Part shown: positions 40,281 to 49,264 of the stretch, piece after piece
How the letters are laid out: each line of letters opens with the position of its first letter
How positions within the stretch are numbered: the first letter of the stretch is position 1
Origin: an uncultured delta proteobacterium
GTDB taxonomy: Bacteria; Desulfobacterota; Desulfomonilia; Desulfomonilales; Desulfomonilaceae
DNA length: 64,000 bases
Assembly: GCA_963789265.1 (NCBI GenBank)
Contig: CAWBKB010000007.1
Location: 192,001-256,000, forward strand
Direction: 5' to 3'
The notes under the pieces: generated by a model
Seen by the model: only the letters and a program-made list of their open reading frames with translations
Told to the model about the DNA's origin: nothing
Databases searched by the model: none
Program-made: the position numbers and the translations under genes

Positions 40281-40928
40281 TTGATGAGTCCGAGCCGGCG
40301 AAAAGCACGAACTGAAGCGATATTGAGGAAGGAAGGTATTCCCTTTCTTCCATCGCTTCCGTGCATTGAGTCTGAGGACGACACTGAATTGCGCAGTGCG
40401 GAAGAGGTCGGTCTGCGAATGCTCTGCCTGTTCAGTGTCATTGGCACCGCTTACGACCCGTCCGACGCATCATATAAACGGTATCTCAAGAAATACCGCC
40501 TCTGGGGCTACCTCACTCCTGATGAACTGTCTTTCATGTCCAATCCCGCGCCGGACCACAGGACTTGTATGATTTTGACTTGGCGGGTAGAAGCACTACT
40601 GGTGCTGATGTGGGCGGTGCGTCTGTTCAAAATGCTGCCATTCCCCACCCATCAAGTAGACAACCCAAAAATTATCGCCAAATTTCCCAGCTTTGACAAA
40701 TCTCCGCAGCCTTTTATCCTTAGCCTCAAACTGCGCCCTAAACCTACAATTCTGAATAACTCCGATCTCATATATCGGCTCCACTGGGCCACTACCCAAG
40801 CAAAGATAGAGGGACAGCCTCCGCCCGGCGGACTCGATCCGGAAATTGTCTATGAGTGGCATTATGCGATAAATTGGATTACAAAATATGATGATGCGGA
40901 TTGGGATGATGTCGCGACTGATACTTAG
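40281..40928 (+). CDS. DUF4272 domain protein
   Basis: WRVEALLVLMWA, DLIYRLHWA, VYEWHYAINW, DWDDVATDT. Confidence 0.85.
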   Translation: MMSPSRRKARTEAILRKEGIPFLPSLPCIESEDDTELRSAEEVGLRMLCLFSVIGTAYDPSDASYKRYLKKYRLWGYLTPDELSFMSNPAPDHRTCMILTWRVEALLVLMWAVRLFKMLPFPTHQVDNPKIIAKFPSFDKSPQPFILSLKLRPKPTILNNSDLIYRLHWATTQAKIEGQPPPGGLDPEIVYEWHYAINWITKYDDADWDDVATDT

Positions 40929-41123
40929 CCTCTACTTGCAATAATTGGGGCTACCATAAAGCGTTCCGAGGTTTTCTCGTTCCCAGGCTCCGCCTCGCCT
41001 TTGACTGCTAAATGAAGGCGATTTGCGGGCAGAGCCCGGGAACCAGAATAAAAAACGATCCCATAGCTGTCTCGAAGGGAAAAGAGACCAAACCTCCGTC
41101 CTAGTGAGACAGAAGGGAGAGCT

Positions 41124-41159
41124 AAACAATAGGGGCATCACGATGCCCCTATTGTTTTT
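41124..41159. terminator. Bidirectional intrinsic terminator-like hairpin
   Basis: AAACAATAGGGGCATC-AC-GATGCCCCTATTGTTT followed by further Ts. Confidence 0.65.
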
Positions 41160-41194
41160 CTGATTTCAAATTAGGAATTCCGGGTACACCATAC

Positions 41195-41539
41195 TCAATT
41201 CCCTTTGGCGATTCCTTTTGGTCCGGGTTTCCATCTATACAATACTTTGGCAGGCTCTTCTTCCAGCCGACTTATGAAATCTTCCATTTGTTTGTCAATT
41301 AAGTATGGCGTACCCAGGATTAGGCGTGAAATTACAGCGGGCACCGCTACAAAATGAACATGCTTCGGCATGAGACAGTGCGCCCAAATCTCCACGTGAA
41401 GCTTCCTGCGCCGTTGAGCCATCAGATCGATATAGGCGCCGTAATCTTCATGACGAAAAAAGGTCAGCAGTCTGCGATTGCCTCGCTGTGTGACATGATG
41501 AGGCATTCCCGGCGCCACGACTCGTGCTACTTGACCCAT
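41195..41539 (-). pseudogene. REP-associated tyrosine transposase (RAYT/Y1) with large internal deletion, flanked by REPs
   Basis: ARVVAPGMPHHVTQRGNRR..CLMPKHVH (HUH) fused through a REP to the KPGPK tail; REPs at 41176-41200, 41297-41319 and 41574-41600. Confidence 0.85.
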
Positions 41540-41634
41540 AAGCGTGTCTCAGAGAATCAGACTCGTTTGGCCTAATTAGGTATGGTGTATCCGGAACTCC
41601 GCGATGCATCCATGAAGAGCCCAAGAGATCTTTC

Positions 41635-42105
41635 TTAGCGCCCCCTCTTAGGTTCCGGAATGATTTTGGGCAAATACCGGAAATTCTCCGGTTTGGCAAC
41701 GCCTGCATCCGGACTATCCGGACCAGCAGCACCAAAAGGATAGGACTCTACGCCCAACTGCGACGGCAAAGAAGCGGGCGGTGGGCCCGGCGGTGGAGGC
41801 GCTGGAAGTAACGCCTCACCAGCTTTCAGTTCCGCTATGACATCTTTTGGAATCGGCACTGGAGAGTTCGCATTCAGCATATCTACCGCCCATGCGCGGA
41901 GTCCAGGAGTCAGCTTCTTCGGGTCCTTCTCTGTCAATACCGAGACAGCTAGTCTCACATAGTCCCGGTTTAGATTGCGTGCTGCTAGTGTTTCCTGCCC
42001 AATCCATCCCAGAATCGCTATCACTGTGGGAATTGCAACCAGAGAAAGCACTTTGGCTGGGGTCTCGATTCTTTCCCAGAAGCTTTCTTTTGGGTTGTCG
42101 CTCAT
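41635..42105 (-). CDS. Hypothetical membrane-anchored protein with Pro-rich tail
   Basis: One TM helix (VLSLVAIPTVIAILGWI), RDYVRLAVSVL..LRAWAVDML. Confidence 0.7.
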   Translation of the reverse strand: MSDNPKESFWERIETPAKVLSLVAIPTVIAILGWIGQETLAARNLNRDYVRLAVSVLTEKDPKKLTPGLRAWAVDMLNANSPVPIPKDVIAELKAGEALLPAPPPPGPPPASLPSQLGVESYPFGAAGPDSPDAGVAKPENFRYLPKIIPEPKRGR

Positions 42106-42138
42106 GAGGGCCCCTTTTTAGCAGTGTCTGAATTCTTG

Positions 42139-43503
42139 CTATTGTTTTGCCTTTTCATAGCATGGAGGTTCGCGCGTGGAGCGCGCGGTCGTGATTTTCA
42201 CGGGGTTGTCGTGTACGCCGGGCTCGCGCGAAATTCTGGGTATAAAATATGAGCGCCTCGCCTCAGTCAGCATGTCGGAAAATGTGATGGTCTTCTTTCC
42301 GAAATACCAAGGGGCTCGTTGGAACAGTGGAACCCTTCCCATTCTGAATTGGGTAACAAACCAGAGCACCAAGAGAGAATAGGCCCAATAGGCGATCAGA
42401 GCAGCCCGAGTGACGGATCTTTCTCGTCGGCACTGGGGGTCGGCGCTTCCCAGAAGGCTCTTCGTTTCCCGGTTGGTAATTTCCGTGCTCCATCTGTGTG
42501 AGTATCTCTCAACTACCTCTTGGTCATGGGCTTGGCTATCAGTGTCGAAGAATGCCGTGTCAGGGTATTTGCCACAGGGATCACGGACCAAGACAACGGT
42601 GAGGGGTTCATTGCCGGCCGCACCGTGCCAGATGGCGTCGAATTGAAACAGTCCCACGATGGTCTCTTTCCCGTAAAGGCGGGTCCAGATCCATTCCCAT
42701 TGGATCCCGGTATGCCTGAAGAGAGTCGGGAGAGAAACCAGCCGTGCACCCTTCTGCCTTGGGCGGCCCCTGGTCTTGGGTCGGTCGGGCTCCACGAGGT
42801 CGTACAGCGCAGCGTTCCGAGGCAACTTACCGGTGATGTGAACACCCTTGTGTCGCCTCTTGAGCAGCTTCTTGTTTGAGTACCCTCCGTCGACGATGAC
42901 TCGAAGCCTCATGGAAGGGCCAAGCCACGAACGTGTCAACTCAACCAAGTCGGCAGCCAATTCCGATTTTGACCTGTACGTGCTGCCATGAGGTTTGATT
43001 TTGGCCTTCTCAGGCCACCACAGACGGGCAGCATACGGCAGGCAAAAGACCCTTTCGGAGATGCCCGGCAAACGCACGGCTACTCCTATGATTACAAAGC
43101 AAACCCCATATCCGATGGGCTTGCCGCCCTTGGGAGCGTCGCCGTCATGTTGGAATCCCGCCCCGCAGATCTTCTGGCCCACTCGAGGATTCAGGGTATC
43201 GTCCACAATAGTCTCCACCTCGGAGGCGTCCGGCAAGAGCGTTTCCACGATCATCCTGAAGACCTTAAAGGCCACTTTGTCCGGGTCCCATCCGGCCCTC
43301 ATCAGGAATTTGTACACGCTTGCGAAGTGCTCCGACTCATGGAGCCCCATCGTGAGAATTACTTGACTGACAGTGTGCGTCCCAACGGTGAGCACCCACC
43401 CTGTTATCAGCACGACAAAGTGCCGGAGACTCGGCTCCGTGAAGCAATCCTTGAAACGGATCTTGTCAATCTCAAACGGCTGTGGCACATTCCGCTTGGC
43501 CAT
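42139..43503 (-). CDS. DDE transposase
   Basis: IVDDT, IVDGGY, RGRPRQKG, YSHRWSTEITNRETK. Confidence 0.9.
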   Translation of the reverse strand: MAKRNVPQPFEIDKIRFKDCFTEPSLRHFVVLITGWVLTVGTHTVSQVILTMGLHESEHFASVYKFLMRAGWDPDKVAFKVFRMIVETLLPDASEVETIVDDTLNPRVGQKICGAGFQHDGDAPKGGKPIGYGVCFVIIGVAVRLPGISERVFCLPYAARLWWPEKAKIKPHGSTYRSKSELAADLVELTRSWLGPSMRLRVIVDGGYSNKKLLKRRHKGVHITGKLPRNAALYDLVEPDRPKTRGRPRQKGARLVSLPTLFRHTGIQWEWIWTRLYGKETIVGLFQFDAIWHGAAGNEPLTVVLVRDPCGKYPDTAFFDTDSQAHDQEVVERYSHRWSTEITNRETKSLLGSADPQCRRERSVTRAALIAYWAYSLLVLWFVTQFRMGRVPLFQRAPWYFGKKTITFSDMLTEARRSYFIPRISREPGVHDNPVKITTARSTREPPCYEKAKQ

Positions 43504-43615
43504 CGGCGTTCCTCCCCCTGTTTGTTTCCAAACCGTCTATGGCAGGAACGCCGATCATTTTCAACCGTTTCCCGTGACATATCCACATATTGAGTCGAAA
43601 AAGGCAAAACTATAG
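42139..43615 (-). mobile_element. Complete insertion sequence (1477 bp), DDE transposase of IS701/IS4-like type
   Basis: IRs CTATTGTTTTGCCTTTT / AAAAGGCAAAACTATAG; 7-bp TSD ATTCTTG at 42132-42138 and 43616-43622. Confidence 0.9.
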
Positions 43616-43712
43616 ATTCTTGGGACACCTTACTTAATTCTCAGACCGCCGCTCCAATTCGGTATGGTGCCCTCGTAATCTCCCCGGCGGTGGGGCACAT
43701 GTGTATAGGTGT

Positions 43713-44186
43713 TCAGGTTCTGAGCTTATCCAAGAGTTCACCTGCGCTGCAGGCGGCTTCATCAAATGCCGAAATAACAGCTTCAACTTCTGCTGCTGGC
43801 CACTGCATGTCAGACAGCGGTTTTGATAGGCTGGTCTGATAGGCGAGTATCTGTGCGCCACCTGAGTCAGTGCTTGGGTGCGCATGAATCAGTGCATTGC
43901 GCCGAATAATTAGATCGCTGAATTTCTCGAGGCAGTCTGTCAGTTCTTCTTGAGTCACCTTGGTAAAGCTGGTCGCTGGATTACCGATTACATCGCGAAG
44001 GTGGTCCCGTACCGCTCCAGAAGTCATTGTCTTAACTCGGCAGTACTCACCGAGAAAACCGTTGTCCAGTAATTCTATGATGCAGATAATAGTCCACTCA
44101 TAGTACGCAAACACATACACGGCTTTGCCGACAAGAGCGGCATATTGGTCGTCCACGGGCACTCGGGTCGTGCTGTTAAGTGGCAT
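43713..44186 (-). CDS. Hypothetical protein, HEPN-like helical
   Basis: SD GGAGG; RNALIH (RxxxxH) motif. Confidence 0.65.
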   Translation of the reverse strand: MPLNSTTRVPVDDQYAALVGKAVYVFAYYEWTIICIIELLDNGFLGEYCRVKTMTSGAVRDHLRDVIGNPATSFTKVTQEELTDCLEKFSDLIIRRNALIHAHPSTDSGGAQILAYQTSLSKPLSDMQWPAAEVEAVISAFDEAACSAGELLDKLRT

Positions 44187-44340
44187 CGTTACAGCCTCCC
44201 GTAACATGGAGTAAGATTCATCGAAAAAGATCGAGGCGCACAATACCATTATTGTGTTTACATGTCAGAGGTTTTTTCTTGCCACTGTTTTATATCATCG
44301 GCAAATCCACCGGCAGCCGCAACCGAAAAAAGCAATAGCT

Positions 44341-44534
44341 CACCGCAGAGAACGCGGAGGGCGCAGAGAAGAAGGGTAGCTTGTTCAGCGCCACGAGAGT
44401 GGCCGGGGCGCACAATTAAGCCGGAATTGCGCCTTCCGCGTCTCGGTGGATTACAGACTAGAATTTGCTATGCTCCATCGGATAGACGTGCGGCGAAATC
44501 AGAATTATCCGCGTTCTCTGCGCGCTCTGCGGTG
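44341..44534. repeat. Inverted-repeat element CACCGCAGAGAACGCGGAG..CTCTGCGGTG
   Basis: Inverted copies at 44341-44368 and 44508-44534. Confidence 0.7.
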
Positions 44535-44635
44535 AACCCTGGAGCGTCTCACCCGACGATAATTGACTTTCTTGCCAATCCAAAATAGTCTGCCAAGACT
44601 GGCTTATCATGCCGGATTTTTTTTCGGAGTACAGA

Positions 44636-44836
44636 ATGGAACGCAAGAACTGCTGGGAGTTTACAAAGTGTGGACGAGAGAAGGAATGTCCCGCATACCC
44701 GAAACATGGCCGTAACTGTTTTGCCGTCACCGGGTCCATGTGTAGAGGCCAAAAGCAAGGCACTTATGACGAAAAGATAGCGAAGTGCAGAGAACTTTGT
44801 GATTTCTACAAAGAGATGATGGAAGGCAAAGCGTAA
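44636..44836 (+). CDS. Small Cys-rich two-CW-type domain protein
   Basis: NCWEFTKCGRE.ECPAY..GRNCFAVTGSMC..KC..CDFY; SD GGAG; upstream TTGACT-17-TAGTCT. Confidence 0.75.
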   Translation: MERKNCWEFTKCGREKECPAYPKHGRNCFAVTGSMCRGQKQGTYDEKIAKCRELCDFYKEMMEGKA

Positions 44837-44930
44837 GATACGGGCAACGGGACAAGCCATCTACCCGAGTCCGTTGCCAGCCATTCCCACGTCAGATTAA
44901 CCGGTCAAGTCACAGTGGAGAGAATTTGCA

Positions 44931-46043
44931 ATGCGCAAATCGACCGCCAGACGTGCAAGAGCCGCAAACAGGTCTTCGGCAGCCCGCATCAGTGCGAAAC
45001 GATCCAAAAAGATCGGCCTGCCGCCGGGCACGCTCGTGCATGTGGGGGAGAAGTTCGGCGAGAAAGTCAGAGTTTCTGTAATCGACTACGATGAAACATC
45101 TTGCCGGCAAAGGGAAGTTACCAATATCTCCGATCTGGCGCCATTTAGAGACAGCCCTGCCACGACCTGGATCAATATCGACGGAATCCACGACATGGCC
45201 ACCATTGAGGCGATCGGCGGTCTGTTTCATTTGCATCCTCTTGTGCTTGAAGATATTGTCAACGCGACTCAGCGACCGAAGATAGACGAAGCCGGTGATT
45301 ACGTCTTCATGGTTTTGAGAGTCCTCGATTATTGTGAAGAATCGGACGAGATAACTTGCAGGCAATTGAGCCTGATCCTCGGTTCTACTTTTTTGCTCTC
45401 CTTCCAGGAGGAGGCAGGAGACCTGTTCAATCCGGTCAAGGAAAGAATAAAAGGCGGCTCGGGCCGTGTCAGGAAGAACGGCCCGGATTACCTAACGTAC
45501 TGCCTAATTGATACTGTCGTAGACAACTATTTTGCCATCCTGGACAAGCTCTCCGAAAAGATAGAATTGCTGGAAGAAGAGGTGGTAACAAACCCGGGGC
45601 GTGAAACCTTGCAGGCAATCCACAAGTTAAAGACCGACATGGTCTATCTGCGCAAGTCAATATGGCCTTTAAGAGAGGTAATCAACGTGTTGGGACGAGA
45701 AGATTCGGCCCTGATCAAGGATTCCACACAACCATACCTCAAGGACGTTTACGATCACACGATTCATGCTATTGATACAACGGAGACATTTAGAGATATA
45801 GTTTCTGGCATGCTGGACATATATTTATCGAGTGTAAGCAATAGGCTCAATGAAATCATGAAAGTTCTGACAATTATTGCAACGATTTTCATACCTTTGT
45901 CCTTTTTATGCGGATGGTACGGAATGAATTTCAAGAACATGCCCGAATATGGCTGGCGCTGGGGATATCCTATGGTAATCGGCATCGCGCTTGCTATTGT
46001 GGCTTCCATGCTCATTTATTTTAGACGTAAGAATTGGTTGTGA
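44931..46043 (+). CDS. corA: Magnesium/cobalt transporter CorA
   Basis: KIGLPPGTL, LHPLVLEDI..QRPK, NEIMKVLT, YGMNF..MPE. Confidence 0.95.
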   Translation: MRKSTARRARAANRSSAARISAKRSKKIGLPPGTLVHVGEKFGEKVRVSVIDYDETSCRQREVTNISDLAPFRDSPATTWINIDGIHDMATIEAIGGLFHLHPLVLEDIVNATQRPKIDEAGDYVFMVLRVLDYCEESDEITCRQLSLILGSTFLLSFQEEAGDLFNPVKERIKGGSGRVRKNGPDYLTYCLIDTVVDNYFAILDKLSEKIELLEEEVVTNPGRETLQAIHKLKTDMVYLRKSIWPLREVINVLGREDSALIKDSTQPYLKDVYDHTIHAIDTTETFRDIVSGMLDIYLSSVSNRLNEIMKVLTIIATIFIPLSFLCGWYGMNFKNMPEYGWRWGYPMVIGIALAIVASMLIYFRRKNWL

Positions 46044-46207
46044 TGTCGATTCGCATTCAGAATCCCCCCGTCCCCACTTTACTAAAGGGGGGTTAGAGGG
46101 GATTTTCTTACAATTTTGAAAGCGAATCGGTGTGAATCGTCTGTTCTTCGGCAATCCTTCGGTTTGGAACTGTCAATTCAATGCCCCTGCTTCCCTGACC
46201 GGCCGTG

Positions 46208-46236
46208 TTGACAATGCCTTGCACGGCGGTAATAAT
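46208..46236 (+). promoter_or_regulatory. Putative sigma70 promoter for the protease/transglutaminase/ATP-grasp operon
   Basis: TTGACA-17 nt-AATAAT. Confidence 0.55.
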
Positions 46237-46263
46237 CAGAATTCTGAATGTCCGGAGGACATA

Positions 46264-46774
46264 ATGAACGTATTGTCTTGCCTGTATCTTGGCGTGCTCG
46301 GATCTCTTCTTTTTGCCGCGACCGCGTCCGCTGGGAACAAGCAGGTGGTGGGTTGGGTGGAAAAAGCCCGAATTTCACCGGGCAACATTGTTCTCTGCAG
46401 CCAAAATGGACAGCGGCGCGGACAATTCGTCATTGAACGTCCCGGATTTTACCGAGTTCGAGCGCAACGGCGAAAAATGGGTTCGATTCGAGTTGGTCAG
46501 CGATAATGGGCATAACACAGTGATTGAACGCAAGTTGGTGCGAGTGGCTAAGATAAAACGCCACGGAGGCTCGCGTCAGAAAAGACCGGTCGTCCTCATG
46601 GGAATTTGCGTTGGCAACTACTACAGGCAGGTTGAAGTGAATCTCGTGGACCGAAGCAATTTCAAATATCCTTTGCTCATCGGCCGCAGCTTCATGCAGG
46701 ACAAGATACTAATAGATCCATACGTGCAGTATACCCTGGAGCCCGCGTGCGAGGAGCGACAAGGCGTTGAATAA
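46264..46774 (+). CDS. Secreted retropepsin-like protease (RimK-associated family; apparent frameshift near 46395)
   Basis: Signal peptide, VVGWVEKA, then AKMDSGADNSSL..FERNGEKWVRF..RPVV..LVDRSNFKYPLLIGR. Confidence 0.85.
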
Positions 46775-48302
46775 ACTTCATCTCTACTTGTTGGCCTTGA
46801 TCCTCGCGGCCCTTGGCCTGGGGCTCTTTTTCTACAAGGCTTATGTTCTCGGATTTCCTCTGGTGCCCCGGACCAAAGTCCGAGTATGGAACGTCGAGGC
46901 ACGGATCGATTTTGTTGCTAAGAACAAACCTGTCAAAGTGTCAATGTTTATCCCCAACAGCACGAAACGGTTCGCTATTGCAGACGAACACTTCATCTCC
47001 AGCGGCTATGGGCTCGTAGCCTCAGCGGAATCCGGCAATCGCAAGGCGGTATGGTCGATCCGCCAGGCCCGTGGAAAGCAACGCATTTATTATCAGGCCG
47101 TCGTGCGCGCAGTGCGTACCAAGGCCCAGGGAATAGAAGAGGAAAAGCCGGAAGCGATCACTCCCGGCTTTGCGGGCTCTCATCTGCATGCGGCCAAATC
47201 TCTGGTGGCCGAAATAAAGGCCAAGTCCGCGGATACTCACACCTTCGTGGCCGGACTAATAAAGAGGCTCAACGACCCTAAGCCCGCCGGCAATGTGACC
47301 TTGCTCTTAGGGCCTAAGCCCACTATTCGGACTAAGGTGGAGGTGGCAACACAGCTTCTGGCATACGACGGTGTACCCGCGAGAGTGGTACAAGGCATCC
47401 GTCTTCAGGAAGAAAAACACGATTTCTTCAGGAAAACTAATTTACTAAATTGGTTGGAGGTTTATGACCAGAGCAAATGGCTCTCCTTCGATCCATTACG
47501 CGGGAAGACTCCTGTGCCGAAGGACTGGCTTCGCTGGTGGAGCGGACCGCAGAATCTTGTTTCTCTGAAAGGCGGTAGTAAACTCCAATCGATAGTATCG
47601 GTGAGCCCAAAGGTGGAAGAGGGGATCACCGTAGCAGTCTCGCACGGAGAAATTTCCAAGCCGCTCCTGCTGAAGTTTTCTCTCTTCAGCCTCCCGGTGA
47701 ATACTCAAGCCGTATATCGCATCATGCTCCTGGTGCCTCTTGGGGCATTTGTCGTGGTAATACTGCGCAATATTGTGGGAATTAAAACTTTCGGAACCTT
47801 TATGCCGGTGCTGATTGCCCTTGCATTCCGGGATTCAGGTCTCTTGTGGGGGATTTTCCTCTTCATAGTGGTAGTGGCCGTGGGGCTGGCCATTCGATTT
47901 TACATGGAACGCCTCAAATTGCTGCTCGTACCCAGGCTCGCCGCGGTCCTCACGGTTGTGGTCCTGTTGCTCGCGGCACTGAGCATCTTGACTCACGGCC
48001 TGGGGATGCACCGCGGCCTTTCCGTGGCCCTCTTTCCCATGGTGATTCTAACTATGACCATCGAAAGAATGTCCATCGTGTGGGAGGAACGGGGTCCGGC
48101 AGAAGCGCTTGTGGCAGGATTCGGCAGCCTGATGACCGCGGCTCTCGCGTTCCTAATCATGAACGCAAAATTTGTGGAGCATCTGGTGTTTGTGTTTCCT
48201 GAACTGCTGCTGGTCCTTTTGGCTGCTATCGTGCTCCTGGGACGATATTCAGGCTATCGTTTGATGGACATCTACCGATTCCGCGTAATGGCCAAAGGGT
48301 AA
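46767..48302 (+). CDS. Inactive transglutaminase family protein with 7TM domain
   Basis: WNVEARIDF, FSLFSLP, GIKTFGTFMPVLIALAF, LFPMVILTMTIERMSIVWEE, GRYSGYRL. Confidence 0.92.
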   Translation: MNKLHLYLLALILAALGLGLFFYKAYVLGFPLVPRTKVRVWNVEARIDFVAKNKPVKVSMFIPNSTKRFAIADEHFISSGYGLVASAESGNRKAVWSIRQARGKQRIYYQAVVRAVRTKAQGIEEEKPEAITPGFAGSHLHAAKSLVAEIKAKSADTHTFVAGLIKRLNDPKPAGNVTLLLGPKPTIRTKVEVATQLLAYDGVPARVVQGIRLQEEKHDFFRKTNLLNWLEVYDQSKWLSFDPLRGKTPVPKDWLRWWSGPQNLVSLKGGSKLQSIVSVSPKVEEGITVAVSHGEISKPLLLKFSLFSLPVNTQAVYRIMLLVPLGAFVVVILRNIVGIKTFGTFMPVLIALAFRDSGLLWGIFLFIVVVAVGLAIRFYMERLKLLLVPRLAAVLTVVVLLLAALSILTHGLGMHRGLSVALFPMVILTMTIERMSIVWEERGPAEALVAGFGSLMTAALAFLIMNAKFVEHLVFVFPELLLVLLAAIVLLGRYSGYRLMDIYRFRVMAKG

Positions 48303-48307
48303 GAGCC

Positions 48308-49264
48308 GTGTTCCAAATTATTAAAGCGTTCAGAAAAAAAGGTGTAATGGCCATAAATAAGCGGAATGCAGACTACACGTTGAAATACAATCCACGCAGG
48401 CTGTATCCGCTTGTTGACGATAAATTGCGCACGAAACAACTCGCTCAAATGAACGGTATCGCAGTTCCCGACTTGTATGCCGTGATCGAGGTGCCGGGGC
48501 AGGTCCGAGCATTACCCGAGAAACTCAAGGAGTTTTCCGATTTCGTAATTAAGCCGGCTCACGGAAGTGGCGGAGAAGGGATTTTGGTCATCTCGGACCG
48601 TCTAAATGACAGGCTCAGGAAACCTGATGGAGTTATCATTACCTGGGACGAACTGCATCACCACGTACTTAATGTGCTGAGCGGGTTATACAGCCTGGGG
48701 GGCCAACCCGATCAAGCTCTGGTGGAGTATTACGTCCAATTCGCGCCGGTGTTCGAAAAAATCAGCTATCAGGGTGTACCGGATATTCGCATCATTGTGT
48801 TCATGGGGGTTCCGGTCATGTCCATGGTCCGCCTTCCGACGCGTATGTCGGACGGGAAAGCCAATCTGCACCAGGGCGCATTAGGAGCGGGAATCGATAT
48901 GGCCACAGGGACTACTTTGAGTGCTGTCCTGGGTAATGAGATAGTCTCCGATCATCCGGACACCGGCCACCCTGTAACCGGCGTGACCATTCCTCACTGG
49001 GACGACCTACTGAACCTGGCTGCTCGGTGCTTTGAATTGACCGGCCTGGGATATCAGGGGGTCGATATCGTCCTGGACCGAGACAAGGGGCCTCTTATTC
49101 TCGAACTGAATGCTCGACCCGGCCTCAATATTCAGATAGCAAACAATGCCGGTCTTTTGTTGCGACTGGAACTTGTGGAGCGGTGTCATTTCGAATTGCA
49201 GACGGTTGAGGAGCGTGTCGCATTCGCGAAGCGCCGGTTCGACGTTGCCGGTACAGGCCTATAG
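48308..49264 (+). CDS. Alpha-L-glutamate ligase-like ATP-grasp protein
   Basis: YPLVDDKL.TK, IKPAHGSGGEGI, GVPDIRII, GKANLHQG, LELNARPGL.IQIAN. Confidence 0.93.
   Translation: MFQIIKAFRKKGVMAINKRNADYTLKYNPRRLYPLVDDKLRTKQLAQMNGIAVPDLYAVIEVPGQVRALPEKLKEFSDFVIKPAHGSGGEGILVISDRLNDRLRKPDGVIITWDELHHHVLNVLSGLYSLGGQPDQALVEYYVQFAPVFEKISYQGVPDIRIIVFMGVPVMSMVRLPTRMSDGKANLHQGALGAGIDMATGTTLSAVLGNEIVSDHPDTGHPVTGVTIPHWDDLLNLAARCFELTGLGYQGVDIVLDRDKGPLILELNARPGLNIQIANNAGLLLRLELVERCHFELQTVEERVAFAKRRFDVAGTGL

Noticed and set aside
36357..44200. Complete prophage
   Set aside because: No terminase, portal, tail, lysis, integrase or att sites recognised; only the capsid-like gene.
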